Assembly (NCBI GenBank): GCA_001767075.1
Contig: MEKX01000013.1
Location: 1 to 61,733, forward strand
From: Acidobacteria bacterium RIFCSPLOWO2_12_FULL_54_10
Lineage (GTDB): Bacteria > Acidobacteriota > Terriglobia > 2-12-FULL-54-10
Length of the DNA stretch: 61,733 bases
Direction of reading: 5' to 3'
The notes below the pieces were generated by a model, which was not told the origin of the DNA, did not search any database, and was given only the letters and a program-made list of their open reading frames with translations. A program made the position numbers and the translations under genes. Below are positions 1-9,028 of this stretch, piece after piece (position 1 is the stretch's first letter; every line of letters begins with the position of its first letter).

Positions 1-3
1 CGC

Positions 4-216
4 ATGTTAGAAGCAGGTGTTCCTTTCTCTGTAGTGGCAACAATTATGGGCTGGTCATCGGCTACCACCGTTCGCATGGCAAAGCGGTATGGACATATCG
101 GGCAAGCCGCGCAACGGCAAGCTGTGGAAGCCCTCTGCGGGAAGGATTTTCGAGGAGAGTCCCCACAAAAGTCCCCACAGTCGGAAGTTACTTTGGAATC
201 GCGGCTTGTTAACTGA
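4..216 (+). CDS. tyrosine recombinase / phage-type integrase, C-terminal fragment (5' part lies left of the window)
   Basis: ORF is open to the left edge. The C-terminal box-II-like sequence GWSSATTVRMAKRYGH carries the catalytic-Tyr context. It stops 11 nt from the 3' end of tRNA-Asn. Confidence 0.7.
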   Translation: MLEAGVPFSVVATIMGWSSATTVRMAKRYGHIGQAAQRQAVEALCGKDFRGESPQKSPQSEVTLESRLVN

Positions 217-226
217 TTAAAAAGAT

Positions 227-301
<75 letters not shown>

Positions 302-394
302 GTGGCAATGCTTTATTTGATAGCAGATGAACGCCTGCTGTCAAGCTGATGATGGGCTAATCTCTACGCTCAATGCACGATTGCCCGGCGCTTG

Positions 395-646
395 CTATGG
401 TCTATTCCGAGTGGAATCTTCGTATTGCTTGCGAACAGCTTCCTGCAGCTTGCGATGAAGAGTTTCGGGAAGTTCATAAGGATCGCAACCACGGAAGATT
501 TGAATAGTTTTTTTTGTCGAATCAAATACGACATAGCAGTGGGGACACTTTGCGATATGTTTTTCCAACTCCTCCCGAAGGCCGGGTTCAATCTCGTTGT
601 CCAGGAAATTGGAAAGTTCATTCAATAGCTTTCGGCAGTTACTCAC
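395..646 (-). CDS. small soluble zinc-binding anti-sigma factor (ZAS, zf-HC2 type)
   Basis: 83 aa with the H-x3-C-x2-C motif (HIAKCPHC) and an additional N-terminal Cys. There is no TM segment. It overlaps the stop of the upstream ECF sigma gene by 8 nt. Confidence 0.75.
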   Translation of the reverse strand: MSNCRKLLNELSNFLDNEIEPGLREELEKHIAKCPHCYVVFDSTKKTIQIFRGCDPYELPETLHRKLQEAVRKQYEDSTRNRP

Positions 647-1313
647 GGGAATTCCCTCGATGAAAGTGTTTCGCTAGTATTTCTCGAAGCTGAAGCCTTG
701 CCCGCAGCAAGCGAGATTTAACCGCAGGGATGGAAAGATTTAGGGCTTCGGCGGTTTCCTCGGTAGACAGTTCGTCCAGATCCCGAAGAATGAAAACCGT
801 TCGGAGAGGAGCTGACAGGGTGTCCACTGCTCCGTCCAATATCCCGCGCAGCTCCTGCCTCGCATATTTCTGTTCAGGATTCTCATCCCAGGCCGCGAAT
901 TCCCGCGGCATGGAGTCGTCTTCCATCTGAATCTCTTCGTCAAGAGACAAGGTCATGTTACCCTTTCGCTTGCGCAACTTCATTAAAGATTCATTGACGG
1001 CGATGCGAACCAGCCAGGTATAAAACTTGGAGTTGGCCTGGAACTGAGGCAAATGGGAAAATGATTTCAAGAAGGCTTCTTGCATGGCGTCTTCGGCATC
1101 TTCTCGATTGCCTGTAATGTGATACGTCAGACGGAATATCTTTGCGCCGTACCTGTGGATCAGCTCATCAAATGCTTCAATCTTTCCCTGCTTGACCAGA
1201 CTGACAAGCTCAAGCTCGTGCAGGGGTTGCAGAGCGTCAACGGTGAAATCTTTGGGAACGTTCGAATTTGGAGAAGTATTCATCGGAACGCTTTGCAGTT
1301 GTAATTCACTCAC
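639..1313 (-). CDS. ECF-type RNA polymerase sigma factor (sigma-70 family, group 4)
   Basis: Region 2 (DAEDAMQEAFLKSF...YTWLVRIAVNESL) and region 4 HTH (LSTEETAEALNLSIPAVKSRLLRARLQL). It is translationally coupled to the anti-sigma gene. Confidence 0.9.
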   Translation of the reverse strand: MSELQLQSVPMNTSPNSNVPKDFTVDALQPLHELELVSLVKQGKIEAFDELIHRYGAKIFRLTYHITGNREDAEDAMQEAFLKSFSHLPQFQANSKFYTWLVRIAVNESLMKLRKRKGNMTLSLDEEIQMEDDSMPREFAAWDENPEQKYARQELRGILDGAVDTLSAPLRTVFILRDLDELSTEETAEALNLSIPAVKSRLLRARLQLREILAKHFHRGNSRE

Positions 1314-1612
1314 TAGACGCTCGGAAACGTCAAGTTTATCACTATTACGAATCTGGGAGGTTTAGAGTTTAATCGATGGTTGTTGGGAGTGCGTATTGCG
1401 CTTTCCGTATGTCCTTTCGATGCTGAGCGATAAAGAGAAAAATTGGGCCAAATAACCCAATCAACCAGCCACGGCCAGCGAGGTGTTTTCAGTTATGAAA
1501 GGATCATCATTAAACTGAATTAGATAGCAGCAATCTAAACATAAATTTGCATTATTTGGTTTGGTCAACCACTTGCCAGAGTATTGATGAGACCAGAGAT
1601 AAGGAGGTTCCT

Positions 1613-2362
1613 ATGAAAACGTACTATTGGACGTCGATATTATTAGGACTTGGCTTGGCGATCATCTTTTCTCCACTGATGACTGCTGACGAGTTGCTAA
1701 TGAAGGATGGAACCCGCGTGGAGGGGATTGTAAAAAAAGTGGAGAATGGGCAAGTGATGGTGCAGATAGGCCAGACCACAAGAAATTTCAATATACTGGA
1801 TGTTACCAGTATGGACTTTTCAACAGCACAGATGATGGATGTTACTGGTTCGAAACTTCCATTGGAACATTTCCTGGCAAACATAGAAGCTCAAGAGATG
1901 CTCGGTCACTTTCAGAGTGTGGAAAAATCGGCAACTGAAGTGAGGAAGCTGGTTGATCAGACGAAAAAAGATTGGTCCATGCGCAAAACAATAGAGTCGA
2001 ATGAAGTCGCCAAATGGGATGCAACAAAAGAAAGACTGATCGGTCCGTTGGCTGATTATCAGGAGCATCTGAATGACTTGTATTTCCACGTTCTCGGTAA
2101 AGTAGACGAATACAACCGGTTGATGGCAGACGCCAATACCCTTTACATTGGAGTTAAGGGTGTTCTTCAGACTGGTTCTTCACTAGTTCCAAGAGATAAA
2201 GTGAAATTGCCATTAAAGAAGTACGTGCCGTCACAATGGTATGACACGATTTTCTACGAAGGGTACAACCTGGGATACAACGACGCATACAAGAGATACA
2301 CCACGACGTTTCACGAGGAGCCCCCAGTGGCAGTCAATCCTGACGAGGGCGCACATCACTGA
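1613..2362 (+). CDS. hypothetical secreted/membrane-anchored protein
   Basis: An internal ATG is preceded by AAGGAGG. The N-terminal hydrophobic segment is MKTYYWTSILLGLGLAIIF. No recognisable catalytic motif. Confidence 0.55.
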   Translation: MKTYYWTSILLGLGLAIIFSPLMTADELLMKDGTRVEGIVKKVENGQVMVQIGQTTRNFNILDVTSMDFSTAQMMDVTGSKLPLEHFLANIEAQEMLGHFQSVEKSATEVRKLVDQTKKDWSMRKTIESNEVAKWDATKERLIGPLADYQEHLNDLYFHVLGKVDEYNRLMADANTLYIGVKGVLQTGSSLVPRDKVKLPLKKYVPSQWYDTIFYEGYNLGYNDAYKRYTTTFHEEPPVAVNPDEGAHH

Positions 2363-2388
2363 GTTTGTTTCCAGGTAGCAATGCGCAA

Positions 2389-2419
2389 TGGGAGGCGATC
2401 AGCGCCTCCCATTTTCTTT
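2389..2419 (+). terminator. rho-independent terminator
   Basis: GGGAGGCG-loop-CGCCTCCC hairpin followed by a T-rich run, 27 nt after the stop codon at 2362. Confidence 0.6.
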
Positions 2420-2452
2420 AGTTGTACAACGCGGAATGAACCTGTTTTTTAA

Positions 2453-2481
2453 TTGACAGGTTTTTGTGTGTAGCCGATAAT
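2453..2481 (+). promoter_or_regulatory. sigma-70-like promoter of the his leader/operon
   Basis: TTGACA (2453-2458), a 17-nt spacer, then GATAAT (2476-2481). Confidence 0.55.
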
Positions 2482-2496
2482 ATTATTTTAAGGGCT

Positions 2497-2571
2497 ATGG
2501 TTACCTTGCGGCACATCCACCAGCACCATCATACGCACCTCTCGGTGTGCCAGCGGAACCATGTTTTCTAA
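2497..2571 (+). CDS. His-rich leader peptide (24 codons) of the his operon
   Basis: ATG..TAA encodes MVTLRHIHQHHHTHLSVCQRNHVF, with 7 His codons, 6 of them within codons 6-14. It lies between the promoter and a terminator hairpin directly upstream of hisI. Confidence 0.6.
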   Translation: MVTLRHIHQHHHTHLSVCQRNHVF

Positions 2572-2599
2572 CGAATTGGTATCTTAGGTTAGATTCAAG

Positions 2600-2633
2600 A
2601 ACCCGCTGGCAGACGAACCAGCGGGTTTTTTAT
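2600..2633 (+). terminator. attenuator terminator in the his leader
   Basis: CCCGCTGG (2602-2609) pairs with CCAGCGGG (2618-2625) and is followed by T6. The 5' arm can alternatively pair with GCCAGCGG (2549-2556) inside the leader ORF. Confidence 0.7.
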
Positions 2634-2692
2634 TGCTACAATGCGTTTCTGATTGAAGCGCTGAATGAAAAAGAGAAGGGAACCGGTCAACA

Positions 2693-3076
2693 ATGGATTT
2701 GAATTTCTCAAAAGGGGATGGGCTGGTGCCTGCGGTGATTCAGGAAGCGGGAACCGGCAAAGTGCTAATGCTGGGGTATATGAATGCGGAAGCATTTCAG
2801 CAAACCAGAGCGTCAGGATATGTAACCTTTTTCAGCCGCTCGCGCAACAAGATGTGGGTGAAGGGCGAAAGCTCCGGCCACCGGCTCAAAGTTGTGGATA
2901 TTCTGGTAGACTGCGATGCTGACGCGCTGGTGGTCGTAGCGGAGCAATCCGGACCTGGAACCTGTCATGAGGGTTATCGGAGTTGTTTCTATCGCCGGGT
3001 ACACGGCGATAACTGGGTGGAGACGGAACCGCGATCTTTTGATCCGGCCAAGGTCTACGGCGGATCTAATGCCTGA
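2693..3076 (+). CDS. hisI: phosphoribosyl-AMP cyclohydrolase (monofunctional, no HisE domain)
   Basis: 127 aa. DGLVPAVIQ..., GYMNAEA and the C-terminal Cys-containing [10 protein letters not shown] segment are typical of HisI. Confidence 0.9.
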   Translation: MDLNFSKGDGLVPAVIQEAGTGKVLMLGYMNAEAFQQTRASGYVTFFSRSRNKMWVKGESSGHRLKVVDILVDCDADALVVVAEQSGPGTCHEGYRSCFYRRVHGDNWVETEPRSFDPAKVYGGSNA

Positions 3077-3087
3077 GGAGAACTAGG

Positions 3088-3861
3088 ATGCCAAAATTAA
3101 GACTGGGAATTCCCAAAGGAAGCCTTCAAGAAGCCACCATGGAACTGTTCCAGCGAGCCGGGTACCAACTCCAGGTCAGTTCGCGTTCGTATTTCCCAAC
3201 CGTTGATGACGAGGAACTGGATTGCGTGCTGATTCGCGCACAGGAAATGGCGAGGTACGTCCAGGATGGCGTGCTGGATGCTGGACTGACGGGCCGGGAC
3301 TGGATTATAGAAAACGATGCAAAGGTCGTTGAAGTGGCTGATCTAATCTACGCCAAGCAAAGCTTCAGGAAAGTCCGCTGGGTGCTGGCAGCGCCGGAAA
3401 ACTCGCCGATCCGAGGGCCGAAGGACTTGGAAGTGAAACCGCCGCTGCTCGCCGATGCGATTGTAGAGGTCACGGAAACAGGCTCCTCGCTGCGCGCGAA
3501 CAAGCTAAGAATTCTTGACACGGTGATGGAGTCCAACACGGTGCTCATTGCTAACCAGACGGCTTGGAAAGACGAATGGAAACGCAGGAAATTAGAAAGC
3601 ATGAAGATGCTCCTGGAAGGCGCGATGATGGCCTATGGCAAGGTCGGGCTCATGCTGAACATTCATAAAGACAACTTGAAGGTGTTGCTTGACGTGCTGC
3701 CTGCGCTGAAACGACCAACCATTTCGGAACTAAGCGAGCCTGGATGGGTAGCGGTCAACACGATTCTTGAAGAGCGGCTTGTACGAGACATCATCCCGCG
3801 ATTGAAGCAAGCGGGCGCGCAGGGAATTGTCGAGTATCCGCTCAACAAGATCGTCATGTAG
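3088..3861 (+). CDS. hisG: ATP phosphoribosyltransferase, long form with C-terminal regulatory domain and an apparent internal gap of about 31-33 residues
   Basis: N-terminal [10 protein letters not shown], the PRPP loop [17 protein letters not shown], and a C-terminal regulatory domain (RPTISEL...[14 protein letters not shown]). The segment equivalent to GKRIATxYPxL...G..VE is missing between PKDLE and VKPP. Confidence 0.8.
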   Translation: MPKLRLGIPKGSLQEATMELFQRAGYQLQVSSRSYFPTVDDEELDCVLIRAQEMARYVQDGVLDAGLTGRDWIIENDAKVVEVADLIYAKQSFRKVRWVLAAPENSPIRGPKDLEVKPPLLADAIVEVTETGSSLRANKLRILDTVMESNTVLIANQTAWKDEWKRRKLESMKMLLEGAMMAYGKVGLMLNIHKDNLKVLLDVLPALKRPTISELSEPGWVAVNTILEERLVRDIIPRLKQAGAQGIVEYPLNKIVM

Positions 3862-3872
3862 AGGATCAATTC

Positions 3873-5183
3873 GTGCCCAAGAAGTCTATACAATCCGCGA
3901 TTCGAATCGTATCCAGCGAAGACCAAGCGGCGCTACGAAGTTTGTTGTCGCGCCGTGCGCAACGCCTGGACGAAGCGGAACGCGCCATAAAGCCGATCGT
4001 TCAGGCTGTACGCCGCCAGGGTGACGACGCGCTGTTGCGCCATGCCAAACGATGGGACGAATACAAAGGAACGATTGCGAATCTAAGAGTCACTCCCGAA
4101 GCCTTGGAATCCGCAGCTCGAAATGTGTCCGGCAGCTTTCGCACGGCCGTTCGCGAAGCGGCAAAGAATATTCGCCAATTTTGCCGAATGCAGATGCCGA
4201 AGGAATGGCAAAAAAATATCCAGCCTGGAATTCGCGTGGGACAGATCGTTCGCCCTCTAGAAAGTGTTGGCTGTTACGTGCCTGGCGGACGTTTTCCGTT
4301 GCCGTCCACGCTGCTGATGACCGCCATCCCGGCACAGGTCGCCGGCGTCCAACGCATCGCGGTCTGCACACCGCGCCCTGTAAGGGAGATATTCGCGGCA
4401 GCCCATCTTTTGGGCATTGATGAGCTTTACACAGTGGGCGGCGCGCCTGCGATAGCCGCGCTTGCTTACGGCACGAAATTGATTCAGCCGGTTAAAAAAA
4501 TTGTTGGTCCTGGCAGCGCCTACGTGGCTGCTGCAAAAAGGCTCGTATCGCGCGACACTGGAATCGACTTTATCGCCGGGCCGACGGAGGTTCTGCTGAT
4601 CGCGAGCGAGGGCCGCGCCGATTGGCTCGCGGCTGACCTGCTGGCCCAGGCTGAGCATGACGCTGATGCCACGGCGCTATTGCTGACGCCGTCGCGCAAG
4701 CTGGCAGTCCAGGTGGCTAGCGAAGTAGATAAGCAATTGCAGGCATTGCCAGAAGGCAGTCCGGCGTCGATCTCGCTGAGGAATAACAGTGCGATTGTAG
4801 TTGTACGGGACTTGGAGGAAGCCTTCCAAATTGCGAACCGATTTGCGCCGGAGCATTTGGGAGTGCCGGAGCACAAGATGAGCGCAATGATTCAGAATGC
4901 GGGCAGCGTTTTTATAGGACCCTGCAGCCCGGAGGCTGCTGGGGACTATGCAGTTGGCCCCAATCACGTTTTGCCCACAGGAGGAATTCCGGGTTTGCGC
5001 GGCGGCTTGTCGGTTCTGGATTTCGTGAAAATAATTTCAGTTCAACAACTGCAATTGCAGGGATTAAAGCGCTTGGCGCCGTCCATTATTACCCTGGCAC
5101 GGAGCGAAGGTTTGGAAGCCCACGCTCGATCGGTGGAGATTCGCCTGAAAAGTAAAAATCAGAAAATGCGGGAAACGAAATAA
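3873..5183 (+). CDS. hisD: histidinol dehydrogenase
   Basis: 436 aa. HisD-like motifs: GGAPAIAALAYGT, AGPTEVLLIA, QAEHD, APEHL. Confidence 0.9.
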   Translation: MPKKSIQSAIRIVSSEDQAALRSLLSRRAQRLDEAERAIKPIVQAVRRQGDDALLRHAKRWDEYKGTIANLRVTPEALESAARNVSGSFRTAVREAAKNIRQFCRMQMPKEWQKNIQPGIRVGQIVRPLESVGCYVPGGRFPLPSTLLMTAIPAQVAGVQRIAVCTPRPVREIFAAAHLLGIDELYTVGGAPAIAALAYGTKLIQPVKKIVGPGSAYVAAAKRLVSRDTGIDFIAGPTEVLLIASEGRADWLAADLLAQAEHDADATALLLTPSRKLAVQVASEVDKQLQALPEGSPASISLRNNSAIVVVRDLEEAFQIANRFAPEHLGVPEHKMSAMIQNAGSVFIGPCSPEAAGDYAVGPNHVLPTGGIPGLRGGLSVLDFVKIISVQQLQLQGLKRLAPSIITLARSEGLEAHARSVEIRLKSKNQKMRETK

Positions 5184-6331
5184 TGGGTGCTGCAATGTCT
5201 GATCGAAAAAAAACCATAAACCCGCGCGAATCAATTTTGCGCATGGACCCCTATCGCCCGCCGTCGAGCGGGCGCGGGGGTAAATTGCGCCTGGATTTTA
5301 ACGAGAACACGATTGGGTGCTCCCCTAAGGCCATACGCTCGCTCAAGAAAATTGCTCCCGCTGACCTGGCTGTATACCCGGGGTACGAGCAGGCTCTCCC
5401 CCAATTTGCGAAATATTTCGGAGTTGCCGCTAATGAAATTACGCTGACCAACGGGACCGATGAAGCCATTCAGCTCGTCATCAATACTTACGTCGATGCA
5501 GGAGAAAACGTTGTCGTCTTGCGCCCAGCATATGCCATGTATCGATTCTACGCGCAGGTGGCTGGAGCGAAAATCCACGAGGTGGATTACTCCCCCGACC
5601 TCAGCTTCCCGGAAAAAGACTTGCTGACAACGTTGGATTCGCGGACCAAAGCGGTGCTGATTGCAAATCCAAACAACCCGACCGGAACGCTGGCTTCCCT
5701 CAAGCAGATAAGTAATGTTTTACAAGCTGCCCCTAATGCGGCGGTATTAATCGACGAAGCTTACTTTGAGTTCTGCGGGCAGACGGCGCTGCCTTGGATC
5801 AAACGATTTCCGAATCTCTTTGTTTCGAGAACTTTTTCAAAAGCCTTCGGATTAGCAGCAGTGCGGCTAGGCTGCTTGTTTTCATGCAGCGGGAACATCG
5901 CATCGATCCGCAAGGGTCAATCACCTTACAGCGTGAACGCAGTTGCAGTAACTCTGGGACTGGAGGCGATGCGCGACAGCAAATACGTGCGACAGTATGC
6001 ATCGCAAGTGCTCCAGTCGCGTGAATATTTTTGCAAAGAATTGGACCGGTTGGGGCTGCGGCACTTTCCATCCAGGGCGAATTTTGTGCTCATCGACTTT
6101 GGAGATCAAAGTCGCAAAGTGCGTGATGCTCTGGAACAAAAAGACATTCTGGTGCGGGATCGCAGTTATGAGCTGCCGGGATGCGTGAGGTTCACCTTGG
6201 GAACCCTTCCTCAGACTCGCAGGCTACTTCCAGTGCTGAAAGATGTAATGCAGAAACTGAAAATCCCATCACAACCGACTACTATGAAACCAATAAAATC
6301 TGCTGCGAGAAAAACGGCAAGGACGAAATAG
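5183..6331 (+). CDS. hisC: histidinol-phosphate aminotransferase
   Basis: Class II aminotransferase pattern: NENT.G, NPNNPTG, and SRTFSKAFGLAAVRLG with the PLP lysine. The start overlaps the hisD stop (TAATG). Confidence 0.9.
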   Translation: MGAAMSDRKKTINPRESILRMDPYRPPSSGRGGKLRLDFNENTIGCSPKAIRSLKKIAPADLAVYPGYEQALPQFAKYFGVAANEITLTNGTDEAIQLVINTYVDAGENVVVLRPAYAMYRFYAQVAGAKIHEVDYSPDLSFPEKDLLTTLDSRTKAVLIANPNNPTGTLASLKQISNVLQAAPNAAVLIDEAYFEFCGQTALPWIKRFPNLFVSRTFSKAFGLAAVRLGCLFSCSGNIASIRKGQSPYSVNAVAVTLGLEAMRDSKYVRQYASQVLQSREYFCKELDRLGLRHFPSRANFVLIDFGDQSRKVRDALEQKDILVRDRSYELPGCVRFTLGTLPQTRRLLPVLKDVMQKLKIPSQPTTMKPIKSAARKTARTK

Positions 6332-6332
6332 C

Positions 6333-7013
6333 ATGTCTGCGAATCAGCTTCTGGTTTTCGATATGGATGGCGTGCTGGTGGATGTAACTGAATCCTATCG
6401 CCAAACTATTATAGAGACCACTAAGTATTTCACGGGTGAGGAAATCACCAACCGCGAAATTCAGGCAATGAAGAACCGGGGTGGAGCCAATAACGATTGG
6501 AACCTCACACTGGAGCTGGTGAGAGCGAAGGGAATCTTCCCGAAGCGGGACGAAGTCATCACCGCGTTTCAGGAAATTTACTTAGGCGAAAATAATAATG
6601 GGCTGATCGCTCGTGAAAAATGGTTGCCCTCTAACGGTCTGCTACCCCGGCTCGCGGGAAAGTTCCGGCTGGCTCTTTTCACTGGACGCGAGCGATGGGA
6701 AGCATTATTCACGCTCTCGAAATTTGCGCCAGATGTTACATTCGATCCGGTCATCGGCATGGAAGACGTTGAAAGGGAAAAACCAAGCCCAGACGGCCTG
6801 CTGAAGATTTTGCAAGCAGCAAAACCGAGTAAAGCCTTCTACGTCGGAGACACCATGGACGACTGCCGGGCGGCGCGTGCTGCGGAGGTTTCCTTTATTG
6901 GGGTTGCGGGTCCAAACACGCCTCTGCGGGAAGACTTGGTGCGCTTGTTCAAAGCGGAGGGAGCTTCTGCGGTGATTCACGACGTCAATGAATTGGAGAA
7001 ATTTTTAGAATGA
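6333..7013 (+). CDS. HAD-superfamily hydrolase (subfamily IA-like), candidate histidinol-phosphatase
   Basis: DxD nucleophile motif FDMDGVLVD, a conserved T/S in LFTGR, and distal acidic motif GDTMDD. Sits between hisC and hisB with an ATGA overlap to hisB. Confidence 0.75.
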   Translation: MSANQLLVFDMDGVLVDVTESYRQTIIETTKYFTGEEITNREIQAMKNRGGANNDWNLTLELVRAKGIFPKRDEVITAFQEIYLGENNNGLIAREKWLPSNGLLPRLAGKFRLALFTGRERWEALFTLSKFAPDVTFDPVIGMEDVEREKPSPDGLLKILQAAKPSKAFYVGDTMDDCRAARAAEVSFIGVAGPNTPLREDLVRLFKAEGASAVIHDVNELEKFLE

Positions 7014-7630
7014 AATCGCCCAGGAAATCAAAAGGCACCACAAGCCGGACAGGCCAGTTGGAACGCATTACGACTGAAACGCAGATAAAGGCGCGGCTAA
7101 CGCTCGATGGCAAAGGCAAATACGACGTGCGCACCGGCATCCGGTTTTTGGATCACATGTTGGAGCTATTTGCCAAGCACGGCGGATTCGATCTGGAGCT
7201 GAAAGCCACAGGCGATTTGGACGTAGATCAGCACCACACGGTGGAAGACGTGGGGATTGTTCTCGGTGAGTGCATCCATCAGGCGCTGGGCGACAAGCGC
7301 GGCATCAACCGGGCGGGTTACTTTATCATGCCGCTCGATGAATCGCTGGCCGTAGCCGCCGTGGATTTCTCCGGGCGTCCTTATCTGGCATTGAATGCTA
7401 AGTTTGGCGCTGCCACTGTTGGTGATTTGCAGACTGAGCTGGTGGAAGATTTCTTCCAGGGGTTTGCCAATCACGCCAAAGCGAATGTGCATTTGAAGCT
7501 TCTATGCGGCCGCTCTACGCACCACGGAGTTGAGGCCATGTTCAAAACCTTTGCCCGCGCCGTGAAAATGGCCGTTTCACTCGATCCACGATTGAAAAAA
7601 GAACTGCCCAGCACGAAAGGATTGTTGTGA
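7010..7630 (+). CDS. hisB: imidazoleglycerol-phosphate dehydratase
   Basis: [23 protein letters not shown] and [13 protein letters not shown] motifs. Monofunctional size of 206 aa. Confidence 0.9.
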   Translation: MKSPRKSKGTTSRTGQLERITTETQIKARLTLDGKGKYDVRTGIRFLDHMLELFAKHGGFDLELKATGDLDVDQHHTVEDVGIVLGECIHQALGDKRGINRAGYFIMPLDESLAVAAVDFSGRPYLALNAKFGAATVGDLQTELVEDFFQGFANHAKANVHLKLLCGRSTHHGVEAMFKTFARAVKMAVSLDPRLKKELPSTKGLL

Positions 7631-8271
7631 TTACCGTTATCGATTATGGCGCCGGCAACCTGCGTTCGGTGGAAAATGCATTGCATTATCTGGGCGCGCC
7701 TTATCAAGTAACGTCAAAGGCGGATGAGGTGGCGCAGGCAAATGCGCTGCTTCTCCCAGGCGTGGGCCATTTTGGACAAATGATGCGCTCGCTGGCGATG
7801 CTGGATTTGATCCTGCCGATCAAGGAAGCGTTGGGTCGCAAAGTGCCGTATCTGGGCATCTGCCTGGGAATGCATGCATTGTTTGAGGCGAGCGAGGAAG
7901 CTCCTGCGCTGCCTGGATTAGGAATATTGAGTGGAACAATTCGGCGATTTACGCCAGGTCTGAAAGTGCCGCATATGGGTTGGAATCAGTTGCAGTTGAA
8001 AAAATCGTCTCGGCTTTTTCGCGGATTGAGCGGGGACCCATACGTTTATTTTGCTCATTCTTTTTACCTGCCCCAAGATAAAAATTCTAAGTCCGCAAGC
8101 CGTGAAAACGCAGCGGCGCTGACTTCTTACGGCATCGATTTCGTTGCAGCCATCGAAAGGGGAAACCTGCAAGGCGTGCAATTCCATCCGGAAAAATCAG
8201 GTGATATCGGTTTGCGGGTGGTACGCAATTTTGTAGATGACTGTTTGAGATCGGCTGGGGAGCGGGATTAA
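7627..8271 (+). CDS. hisH: imidazole glycerol phosphate synthase, glutamine amidotransferase subunit
   Basis: [20 protein letters not shown], catalytic Cys in GICLGMH, and FHPEKS. Confidence 0.9.
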   Translation: MITVIDYGAGNLRSVENALHYLGAPYQVTSKADEVAQANALLLPGVGHFGQMMRSLAMLDLILPIKEALGRKVPYLGICLGMHALFEASEEAPALPGLGILSGTIRRFTPGLKVPHMGWNQLQLKKSSRLFRGLSGDPYVYFAHSFYLPQDKNSKSASRENAAALTSYGIDFVAAIERGNLQGVQFHPEKSGDIGLRVVRNFVDDCLRSAGERD

Positions 8272-8272
8272 A

Positions 8273-9028
8273 ATGCTGGCTAAACGAGTGATTGCCTGTC
8301 TGGATGTAAAGGACGGGCGGGTTGTGAAGGGAATTCAGTTTCTGGACCTCCGCGATGCTGGCGACCCGGCGGAGTTGGCTGCTGCTTACAATAGGGAAGG
8401 CGTGGACGAAGTTATTTTCCTCGACATCACCGCTTCGGCAGAAAAGCGCGCCCTGATTGTGGAGACAGTGGCGCGCACGGCGCGCCAGGTTTTCATACCG
8501 CTGGCTGTCGGTGGCGGCATACGATCGGTGGCCGATGCGCGAGGCATTTTGCTGTCCGGGGCAGACAAAGTATCCGTCAACACTGCGGCGGTTGAAAACC
8601 CAGTGTTAATCACGCAGCTCTCTGAAGAATTCGGTTCGCAAGCGGTGGTGCTCGCTATCGATGCCCGCCGGAACGGAGACTCCTGGAGTGTGTACACGTA
8701 CGGCGGACGCAAGTTGACGGATCGAAATGCCATTGAGTGGGCTGCCGAAGGCGAGTCCCTGGGCGCTGGCGAGATATTACTGACTTCGATGGATTGCGAT
8801 GGCACTCAGAATGGTTTCGATTGCGCGCTGACCAAAGCGATCTCCCGCGCTGTCATGATTCCCGTGATCGCATCCGGTGGTGCTGGAAATGCCGAGCACT
8901 TCGCCCAAGTGCTGACGGAAGGGGAGGCCGATGCAGCCCTGGCCGCGTCCATCTTCCACTATGGAACCGTACGAGTCTCAGATTTGAAGCGCCACCTCCG
9001 TTCCCAGGGAATCACCGTGCGGCTTTGA
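8273..9028 (+). CDS. hisF: imidazole glycerol phosphate synthase, cyclase subunit
   Basis: [41 protein letters not shown]. Confidence 0.95.
   Translation: MLAKRVIACLDVKDGRVVKGIQFLDLRDAGDPAELAAAYNREGVDEVIFLDITASAEKRALIVETVARTARQVFIPLAVGGGIRSVADARGILLSGADKVSVNTAAVENPVLITQLSEEFGSQAVVLAIDARRNGDSWSVYTYGGRKLTDRNAIEWAAEGESLGAGEILLTSMDCDGTQNGFDCALTKAISRAVMIPVIASGGAGNAEHFAQVLTEGEADAALAASIFHYGTVRVSDLKRHLRSQGITVRL

Noticed and set aside
2665-2922. An 85-aa ORF ([19 protein letters not shown]...) overlapping the start of hisI.
   Set aside because: It lies in an alternative frame of a clearly recognisable hisI gene. It has no RBS logic or motif and is treated as a frame shadow.
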